Below are positions 17,449 to 26,000 of a DNA stretch of 64,000 bases, piece after piece. Every line of letters begins with the position of its first letter. Within the stretch, counting starts at the first letter, position 1. The stretch is from assembly GCA_965221695.1 (NCBI GenBank), contig OZ244905.1, positions 3,008,001 to 3,072,000 on the forward strand, read 5' to 3'. Made by a program: the position numbers and the translations under genes. Below the pieces are notes generated by a model, which saw nothing but the letters and a program-made list of their open reading frames with translations, had not been told where the DNA came from and searched no databases. Source of the DNA: Gammaproteobacteria bacterium (GTDB taxonomy: Bacteria; Pseudomonadota; Gammaproteobacteria; Eutrophobiales; Eutrophobiaceae).

Positions 17449-19076
17449 TAACACCCGTTTGTCATACAAATAAGCCCGTCTTGCAGACGATACTCTGCAT
17501 GCAGCTTGTAGCGACCATTATGGTGGCGTTCAAAAACGCCATTAATTGTGGCTGGCGGCTTAATCTGCGGAATTCCGATTGCATTGCGATTTGAATTGGA
17601 AAATGTCGTTTGGCCAAGCATGGCAAATCCAAACAAGCCAAGACCGCAAAGCAGCAGCCGCAATTGCGGTTTGCCGCGCGCAATGAGATCAGACACGAGA
17701 AAAATTCCGACAGACACTGTGGCTGCCACTGGTATTAGCCACTGAAGCCGCCAGGCCAGTGACCAGGCAATTTTGGCGACCAAGAAAACCACGATCGGAT
17801 TCAACGCAATCAAAGCTATTCCGGCGATTGTCGCGACAACCGCCTTCTGTTTATCGATGCAGCCGGCAAACAAGGGCAATATACATAAACTGGCAATACC
17901 TAAATAGCCGCGCAGTCCGTCGCCATACCTGAAATCCAGCGCTTCGCGCAGGGAATCAAATCTGGGGTTTTGGGCAACAGGAAAACTTCCCGTAGAGGCA
18001 ATGATGACAATTGCCAGCGCCAGCAATGAGATTATGCCGAGTAAAAAAGGCAGGTAGCGCGCGCGACTAAATGGTTCGCGGTAAATTACCCATGCTGTTA
18101 ATGCCAAACCCGAAAAATACAAGGGCAGCAAAACAAGCGCTGACTGGGTCAATCCGATACCGGAGATACAAGCTATTGCCAATCGAAATTTGCTGCCAGG
18201 CAAACGTCTCAGGACGCCAATGCTTGCGCCGATGAGGTAAGGGCAGAGCATTGCATGAAATATGGATTTGCCCTGGTACAATCGCACAAACGCGTCATTG
18301 CCCGGACTCTGATGTTTGCCGGCCCACACTATCAGGATCACAACGGTCATAAGCGTTAATATGCCCGCATAATTACAGTTTAACCGCTGGTACAGCAGGT
18401 AGTACGCAAGCACGGCCAACATAGCCGCCAAAGCAGGAACAATAAGGTAATACACTTGCAGGAAGTCAATCCCGGTCCAATATGAAACGACCGCTTCCAG
18501 GGCCGGATAGCTGACCAGCATCCTGGCCGTATCATACATCGGAAACAGATTCATAGCCTGCGCAGGCTGATTCAGGGGCAACAGCCCAAAAAACAGGTAG
18601 AAGGCGTCATCCGGGTCAGACCGATGTGAAACCAGCGTATAGACAACTGCGATAACCAAAGCGCCGCCAAGCATGAACGGTGACTTTTCCAGCGCTGAAT
18701 CGTCAGCGAATGACCAGGGTCGAGGCGCCTTCCGCAATATGAGCAGACATACTGCAACCAACAGCAGAACAAGGGTTAAAGCGCCGGATGTCGATAAGAC
18801 GAGTAAAACCAGCAATACGAAAACCGCCAGTGTTCCTATATCAAATTGGTTGCCGCTACGGCCGGCATCTGCTCCCACAGACGCGGATGTTGCAGGTCCG
18901 CGGCTGTTGAGCTTAACCAGGTAACCGGCTAGGAATGGTACCGCCAACATCAGCACAGCAAGAGTCTTGAACGAACCACCTAAAAAAAGAACGCCCCATA
19001 ACGTCAGGCTTGAGAGCGCAAAAAACGTTATAAAGAAATCAAGCAGATGCTCGTGGATGCGTATTGGGCTAGCCAT
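17445..19076 (-). CDS. polytopic membrane protein, DUF6077-like, possible GT-C glycosyltransferase
   Basis: Many TM segments; loop motifs SDPDDAFY and FVRLYQGKS; glycan-cluster context. Confidence 0.55.
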   Translation of the reverse strand: MASPIRIHEHLLDFFITFFALSSLTLWGVLFLGGSFKTLAVLMLAVPFLAGYLVKLNSRGPATSASVGADAGRSGNQFDIGTLAVFVLLVLLVLSTSGALTLVLLLVAVCLLILRKAPRPWSFADDSALEKSPFMLGGALVIAVVYTLVSHRSDPDDAFYLFFGLLPLNQPAQAMNLFPMYDTARMLVSYPALEAVVSYWTGIDFLQVYYLIVPALAAMLAVLAYYLLYQRLNCNYAGILTLMTVVILIVWAGKHQSPGNDAFVRLYQGKSIFHAMLCPYLIGASIGVLRRLPGSKFRLAIACISGIGLTQSALVLLPLYFSGLALTAWVIYREPFSRARYLPFLLGIISLLALAIVIIASTGSFPVAQNPRFDSLREALDFRYGDGLRGYLGIASLCILPLFAGCIDKQKAVVATIAGIALIALNPIVVFLVAKIAWSLAWRLQWLIPVAATVSVGIFLVSDLIARGKPQLRLLLCGLGLFGFAMLGQTTFSNSNRNAIGIPQIKPPATINGVFERHHNGRYKLHAEYRLQDGLICMTNGCY

Positions 19077-19965
19077 CGGCGGAGCGATAAAGGCTATCCA
19101 GGACCGTCCCGGAAATATTTTCCGGGAAAGTCAAGCGGCGGGTCAGTTTATGCATGTTGGCAACGTTATTTTTTATCAGATCATCGGTGCGCTTTGTTGC
19201 CGGTTTCATGAGTCCCTCCCGGCGTAACAACTGGGGGCCGTCCGCGCTGATCTTGGGGGTGGCAGCCCAGAGTTGATGGAATTCACGATCCTCTTCAAGC
19301 AGCCTCCTGAAAAGGTAGTGAAACCAGAAATAGTTACCGTCCTCAGGATCATCAGACCATGCAACCAATAAATCATCTTCCCGGTAGCGTTGCGCCAGGT
19401 AACTCATACAAAGATAGCCAAGCAGCTTGAACAGCCGATTTTTTCCCCTGTTATCCAAGATCCACTTGAAACGGTGATGCGCTTGCGTTTTTGCCAGCAA
19501 CCTGCACACCGACGAGTGCCAGAGGTCAATGATACGAGATTGCTTCTTCGCTGCCAAAAACCAGCTACTGATGGGACGATCAGGACCGGGTTTATCATAA
19601 GCAAAAAAACCGCTGTTTCTGCATACGGCTTCTATCCAGTCGTCCAAGGGGCGCGCGCACCAGAGTGTTGCATCGGCCCATACTCCACCATACTTTTTCA
19701 GCAGGCATATTCTTATGATGTCCGAAAGAGCCGGAAGCGGCAAGCTCAAGGTTTCCAGGGTTTTCGGTAATTTAACTTTGTCGCCGATGGTTGTCGCGTC
19801 AAGCAAGTCGATATCCCAGGTAGGGTTGTGTTTCTGCCAGGCGCCAGCACAGTGTTTAACAATAGCCGGAGCGCTATCCCAACCTTGATGCCAGTACATA
19901 AACAGTACTTTAGGGATATTATTTGCAGGATCACGCTTTTTATATGACAAAATACTTTCAACCAA
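19069..19965 (-). CDS. capsular polysaccharide synthesis protein (DXD/GT32-like)
   Basis: IPKVLFMYWHQG..AP.IV, SDIIRICLL.KYGGVWADAT, SSWFLAA, YFWFHYLF; TTG start uncertain. Confidence 0.8.
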   Translation of the reverse strand: MVESILSYKKRDPANNIPKVLFMYWHQGWDSAPAIVKHCAGAWQKHNPTWDIDLLDATTIGDKVKLPKTLETLSLPLPALSDIIRICLLKKYGGVWADATLWCARPLDDWIEAVCRNSGFFAYDKPGPDRPISSWFLAAKKQSRIIDLWHSSVCRLLAKTQAHHRFKWILDNRGKNRLFKLLGYLCMSYLAQRYREDDLLVAWSDDPEDGNYFWFHYLFRRLLEEDREFHQLWAATPKISADGPQLLRREGLMKPATKRTDDLIKNNVANMHKLTRRLTFPENISGTVLDSLYRSADG

Positions 19966-20992
19966 AGTTGCTTTGTTTGTCGGGCCAGTGATGAAAACGC
20001 CACAACGCAATCAGGTTCAGGCCAACGGCAAAGCAGATCATCCACCAAACGGGAATTAACTCTACTACCGCCAATAATGCCATCAGGACGACAGCAACGT
20101 TCACTAGCGCAATGAAGCCTGCGATGGCGTCGTGCTTCGCTCCCGCCTGCGCTGCAACCTGGTAGGCATGCCGGCGATGCGCGAGCCAGATTTTCTCCCC
20201 CCGAACCAGCCGCAAGAGCAGAGTGAATGTTGCATCAGTCCAATAATATAACGGCAGCGCCAGCGCGAGCCACCACAGACCGTCTACGCATGCAACCCAT
20301 ACCAGCAACCAGCCGAGCAGGTATCCAAGCGGAATACTCCCGGCGTCGCCTAAAAACAGTTGCGCGGGATGCCAGTTGAATACCAGAAATCCCGCGGCTG
20401 CGCCAGCCAGCACAGCAGCCAGAGACGCCCTCAACCAGTTGCTGTCGACCTCCGTGGACATAAGCAGTAAAGCAGCGGCAAGACCGCCTGCTATCGTGAT
20501 TGTCTCTACTCCTGTTATTCCATCGATACCATCCATGAAGTTGAAGAGGTTGATAAACCATAGCCAAGCAATACCGGTGATCAAACGATCGGCCCAGAAC
20601 GGGAATAGTCCTCCGAACAGTAATGCCGATTCGGGCAGGTAAGCCATGCCTATGATAACTGCGAGGATATGCGTTACAAAACGCATTAACAACGGTACTT
20701 TTGTTACGTCATCGATAAAACTGATTACAGCGAGGATAGCTGTGGCCGCAAGAATTACCTGCATCTCGCCAATGGAACCAGCAATGAATGCGAACAACAG
20801 CCAGCATGGCAGTATCACGCCGGTTACAGCTATGCCTGCGCCCGTCGGCAGCGGGCGACTATGGCTGGACCGGTTCCCGGGCCGATCCACGATATTATAT
20901 AAAACCAAAAATCTTAACGCCAAGCGTACCAGCGTCCAAGAGGTGAGCGCTGACAGCATCCCGGCGCCCAGGGTAATGATAATCGCATCCAT
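19958..20992 (-). CDS. WbpL/WecA-type polyprenyl-phosphate sugar-1-phosphate transferase
   Basis: DRPGNRSSH..P.PTGAG, SFIDD, NLFNFMDGIDG, FNWHPA.LFLGDAGS, AHRRHAYQ. Confidence 0.9.
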   Translation of the reverse strand: MDAIIITLGAGMLSALTSWTLVRLALRFLVLYNIVDRPGNRSSHSRPLPTGAGIAVTGVILPCWLLFAFIAGSIGEMQVILAATAILAVISFIDDVTKVPLLMRFVTHILAVIIGMAYLPESALLFGGLFPFWADRLITGIAWLWFINLFNFMDGIDGITGVETITIAGGLAAALLLMSTEVDSNWLRASLAAVLAGAAAGFLVFNWHPAQLFLGDAGSIPLGYLLGWLLVWVACVDGLWWLALALPLYYWTDATFTLLLRLVRGEKIWLAHRRHAYQVAAQAGAKHDAIAGFIALVNVAVVLMALLAVVELIPVWWMICFAVGLNLIALWRFHHWPDKQSNFG

Positions 20993-21111
20993 TGTGGTCT
21001 CTCTTCCAACCTGATATGTTATCTGCGCTGTATCCGGAACAATGGTATTCATCCTGATAGGTTCCTACGGTACAGGGATGTGCGCGCTCTGACAAGTCCA
21101 GATCCCCGGCG

Positions 21112-21201
21112 CCATTCACGTGGAAACGAGAATCCAGTTGCCAAAGAGTCGCCTTTCAGGCAACACAGTGTTTGACTGGATTCCCGCTGTAGTGGGAGTG
21201 G
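21112..21201. repeat. composite palindromic element, family C, second copy
   Basis: Aligns with 6571-6661 including the spacer CAAAGAGTCGCCYTTCRGGCRRCACAGT. Confidence 0.75.
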
Positions 21202-21390
21202 CACAGGGGAATGCTCTGGTTTGTGCCGGCAGCTACAAAATCATCGAGGTGAGCAGCGCCCTGATCATGAGGGTTTAGATGTTCCATTAGCTCGCTGTTT
21301 CCGGAGAAAATAAGCCCGATAAATTCACAAGCGATGTTTTATAATATGCCGATGTTGAGTTATCGAAGCCGGGAAAAAGTCCAAACCGCA

Positions 21391-22221
21391 ATGCGCGGCG
21401 ATGAAACAGAGGAGATCTTCCGGAAACTGTTCGGTCAGCAGACCGTAAGCGCCTGTCTGGACATGGTCAGGGGCGCGGCCAGCTTTCATCTGTGGGGGTT
21501 GCTCGGCTGGCAGGATATCCGTCGCCGCTATCGGCGCTCCATTATCGGCCCGTTCTGGCTTACCATCAGCATGGGCATACTGGTGACGATACTAAGCCTG
21601 TTGTACAGCGCTCTATTGAAAGTCGAAATCGTAGACTATGCGCCATTTCTCGCTCTTGGTTTTATCATCTGGACCTTGATTGCCGGCTTTATCAACGAAG
21701 GCTGCGCGACCTTTACCAACGCCCAAAGCATCATCAAGCAAGTGGACCTGCCTCTTACGGTCCACGTTTATCGCGTGGTTTGGCGCAATCTCATTATTTT
21801 TTTTCATAATTTCACGATCTTTTTCGTTGTTGCCGTTATTTTTTCCATTTGGCCGAACTGGACGGCTTTGCTGGTCCTTCCAGGTCTTGCGCTCATCTGT
21901 CTGAACGGGGTATGGGTGGGGTTATTGTTCGGGCTTGTTTCGGCCCGTTTCCGCGATGTGCCGCCTATTATGGACAGCATCATAAGGATTGCCTTCTTTG
22001 TTACGCCGATTATTTGGATGCCTGAGTTGCTGCCCGGCCGCGCCGTATTGCTTGATTTTAACCCGTTCTTCCATTACGTGGAGTTGGTGCGGGCGCCACT
22101 GCTGGGGCAAGCGCCGGAGCCTGTTTCCTGGCTAGCGGTTTTGTGCATTACGCTCGGCGGCTGGCTTCTGACTTTTGTTCTGTTTCGCAATTACCAGCGC
22201 CGGTTGGCGTACTGGGTATGA
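21391..22221 (+). CDS. wzm: ABC-2 glycan export permease
   Basis: DIRRRYRRSIIGPFW, ARFRDV, FFVTPIIW, FNPF.H..ELVR.PLLG; start uncertain. Confidence 0.9.
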   Translation: MRGDETEEIFRKLFGQQTVSACLDMVRGAASFHLWGLLGWQDIRRRYRRSIIGPFWLTISMGILVTILSLLYSALLKVEIVDYAPFLALGFIIWTLIAGFINEGCATFTNAQSIIKQVDLPLTVHVYRVVWRNLIIFFHNFTIFFVVAVIFSIWPNWTALLVLPGLALICLNGVWVGLLFGLVSARFRDVPPIMDSIIRIAFFVTPIIWMPELLPGRAVLLDFNPFFHYVELVRAPLLGQAPEPVSWLAVLCITLGGWLLTFVLFRNYQRRLAYWV

Positions 22222-22225
22222 CAGC

Positions 22226-22972
22226 ATGGTGAGTCTTGAACTGGAAGCAGTCACGGTCGTTTTTCCGATCTACAATGCCAACACGCGTTCGCTGAAAAAC
22301 CGCTTGTTGCATCATGGCTCCGGCGGACATATCGGACGTGGCGCCGGCAATCGTCTGTGCGTGCGCGCGCTGGAGAATGTAAGCCTTTCCTTTGGGCATG
22401 GTGATAGGATTGGAATAATTGGTCGTAACGGCGCAGGCAAGACAACATTGTTGCGCGTCCTCGCCGGCGCCTATTCACCCACGCGCGGGTGGGTGCGGCG
22501 GCGCGGGCGGACTGCTTCATTATTGAATATTTCCCTGGGTATCGATCCCGAGGCGACGGGTTACGAGAACATCATGATACGTGGCTTATTTCTGGGGCTT
22601 ATGCCGGAAGAGGTACGATCGCGAATGGAGGAAATTGCCTCATTCACCGAACTCGGCGACTACCTGGCAATGCCGGTGCATACTTATTCCAGTGGCATGA
22701 GACTCCGGCTCGCCTTTGCCGTTTGCACCTGTTTCAATCCGGAAATACTGCTTATGGACGAGTGGCTCAGTGTGGGTGACCGCGCTTTCATTGAAAAAGC
22801 CAGCCGCAGACTCGAGAATTTTATGGGACGGGCCGGGATTCTGGCGCTCGCCTCACAAAACCTGGCGCTGTTAGAGCGTGTCTGCACCAAGGGAGTGTTG
22901 TTGGATTCCGGGAAAGTCAAGGCATACGGACCGATTCGGGACGTGTTGAAAGAATACAGGCAAGAGGGTTAG
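22226..22972 (+). CDS. wzt: ABC glycan export ATPase lacking a C-terminal binding domain
   Basis: GRNGAGKTT, YSSGMRLRLAF, ILLMDE; ATG 22226 gives 248 aa. Confidence 0.9.
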   Translation: MVSLELEAVTVVFPIYNANTRSLKNRLLHHGSGGHIGRGAGNRLCVRALENVSLSFGHGDRIGIIGRNGAGKTTLLRVLAGAYSPTRGWVRRRGRTASLLNISLGIDPEATGYENIMIRGLFLGLMPEEVRSRMEEIASFTELGDYLAMPVHTYSSGMRLRLAFAVCTCFNPEILLMDEWLSVGDRAFIEKASRRLENFMGRAGILALASQNLALLERVCTKGVLLDSGKVKAYGPIRDVLKEYRQEG

Positions 22973-23063
22973 CGCCGATTTAACGGGTTGTCCATTCACT
23001 TTCAGAGACGGGGAAAAAGATTACTCAGGAGTCGGTTATTTCGACTGCCACCATGGGATTGTT

Positions 23064-26000
23064 ATGAGCGCAACTGTTGCACAGGACTCGGATGAAAAAG
23101 CCTCCAGACCGACGCTTTTTGTGCTTGGGATGCATCGGTCAGGAACCAGCGCCCTTACCGGGGCGCTGCGACTGAGTGGCGCCTGGGTAGGTGAGGAAAC
23201 GGAGCTCACGGAAGCAAATGTTGAAAACCCACTCGGTTTTTGGGAAAGGCGGGATATGCGTAAGCTCTGCGATGAGTTGTTGCATTCGGCCGGAGCGGAC
23301 TGGTGGAAAATCGCAAATTTCGATGCGAAAGCCATTCCTGACAAGGTATTGGCAAAGCAGCGCCGGAAGTTTGAGAAGATTGTTTCCAGATTGGACAAAT
23401 ATGATGCCTGGGTGATAAAAGAGCCACGTCTCTGTCTGCTCCTGCCGGCCCTGCGATACCAGGTAAAGAAACCGGTTTGCCTGCATATCTATCGTAATCC
23501 TCTCGAAGTTGCGCGGTCTTTACAAGCTCGAAACGGCTTCAGTATCTCCGCCGGGCTGGCTCTCTGGGAAGTCTATAATCTCCATGCATTGAATGCATCC
23601 GAAGGCTTGCCGCGTATTTCGCTTTCTTACGAAGCGCTGATGTCGCAGCCGCTGGAAACACTGGATGCGCTAGTCAATGAACTTGAAAGATATGTTGCCA
23701 GCCATCAGATAAAGCCGAATAGAGAATTGGTTGAGCGATTTATCGACGTTAATCTTTATCACCAGAAAGCAACAGACGAAGAGACTGAAAAGTATCTGCT
23801 GCCGTCACAAAGCGCGCTCTGGTTGCGACTCCGTAACGGCGAGGCTTTTGATTATTACAGGAATGTTCCAGTTCCCGCAGCGGCCAAGCAATCCTTATTT
23901 GACCTGGAATCGGCAGAGACGTTATTCAACCATCGCAATAACAGGATAAATGAATTAGAAGCAGACCTTAAAAAACATGTCGCGATAGTGGATGACAGCA
24001 AAAAGCGGATCAGCGCGCTGGAGGCGTCGAACACCCGGCACAAGGCTAACCTACAAGAACGCAATATTTCGCTGCAAGCCAGCAAAAAGCAGATCGGCGC
24101 GCTGGAGGCATCCAACACCCGATACAAGGCCAACTTGCGAGCACGCAATATTTCGCTGCAAGCCAGCAAAAAGCGTGTCGGCGCGCTGGAGACAGCTAAC
24201 ACCCGGCTTACAGCCACTAACACCCAGCTTACAGCCAACCTGAAAGCTCGCGCTAAGACGATAGATGACCTCTATAATTCCACCAGTTGGAAAATAACTG
24301 CCCCGCTTCGTCAGTTATCCCTCGCCGCTAGGTGGCTTGTGAAAAACCTTCGCCGTCCGCCGCGGCAATTATTCTGGTCGATCATTAATCGGTTTTTACG
24401 CGCCGTGGAGATTGTCCGGTCGTGGCTTGCACAACCAGGAGTGAAAACCGTTGACCAGCAAAATAATGGACAGCTTGCGCTTACGACTCAATTGTCAAAA
24501 CTCATTCGTGAATGCCGGCAGGAGGCGCAGACCAGGGAAGAACGGGCTTCATCGGTCAGCCAGGAAAACTCTATCAGCGCTGGAGCCAAGACCAGGGTTA
24601 CGGTTATAGGCTGGGATTTAGGCCATAACCCGATAGGGCGCACGTATTTACTGGCCGATATTTTACGTAACGATTACGAGGTGGAGCTACTCGGCGCCAA
24701 CTTTCCGCGATTTGGCGAACAGGTCTGGGAGCCTCTACGTAATTGCAGCCGCGTCACGATTAAAAGTTTCCCGGGATGCAACTTTCCTGAGCACTTCGAA
24801 CAGATGGAAGAAGTTGCTCAACAAGTAGAAGGCGACATCATTTATGTATCGAAACCGAGATTGCCTGGCCTGGAGTTGGCGATACTTGCCAAGTTGCACA
24901 GGAACCGCCCGGTGATTCTGGATATTGATGACTATGAAGTCGGATTTTTCAAGAACCGTGGTCCAATAACGCTTAAACAGGCGAAAAATAAACGTCGTAG
25001 CGCGGACTTCATCACTCCACACGGCGAGACCTGGACCCGTTACGCCGAATCGCTTATCCCTTTGTTCGAACAGGTTACGGTCTCCAATGAAGTATTGCAG
25101 AAGAAATTTGGCGGGATGATCCTGCCGCATATTCGCGACGAACACGATTTTAATCCCTCCGTCTACCCGCGTGATACGCTGCGCGCGTCACTGGGTTTCA
25201 GTCGCACAGATAAAATTATCCTGTTCGCTGGCACTCCCCGCATCCACAAGGGTGTCCGGGCAGTGGTCGCCGCATTACAAACCCTGAATCGACCTGATTA
25301 TAAACTGCTGCTTATCGGTTCTCCGGCAGACAATGAAACTCGCCGTTTCTTCAAGAACGCGATGTCCGGACAAGTGAAAGTTCTCGGCAACATTCCATTT
25401 TCCGACTTGCCCGGTTATCTCTGTATAGGTGACCTCATTTGCCTGCTTCAGGATAGAGATCACATAACCTCTCATTTCCAGATGCCTGCCAAGTTCACCG
25501 ACGCGCTGTCGATGGGTATTCCGATACTGGCCACCAATGTTCCGCCGCTGGAGAATCTCGCAAAACAAGGGTTGGTCGAATTATTGAATGACGCGCCACT
25601 GGAGCAAAAAATCGATGAGATTTTCAGCGACTATGGAACTTACAAATATAAAGCAATGCAAAACCGCCAGGTGTTTTTGCGAGAGTACAGCTACGAGGCC
25701 AACCTGCCCAGGCTGAAAGATACGATCGACCGCTTATTGAGCGTCCGGCCTGAACCGATATCCGGCGCGTTCGACGAACTGATCAGCTACCATCGCAGAA
25801 TTTTCTCTACCGCAGTCGATGCGTCTCGTGCGCGCGCAAAGATTGTTGTGAGCAGGCAATCTACCTCTGAGTCAGAAATGACATTGACCACCTCCGCGGC
25901 GCAGACTATCAGTCAGCCTAGGGTGAAATCATATATCGATGACAAGATAGACATCGTGTTTTTTTGGAAACAGAACGACACCGGTATTTATGGGCGGCGT

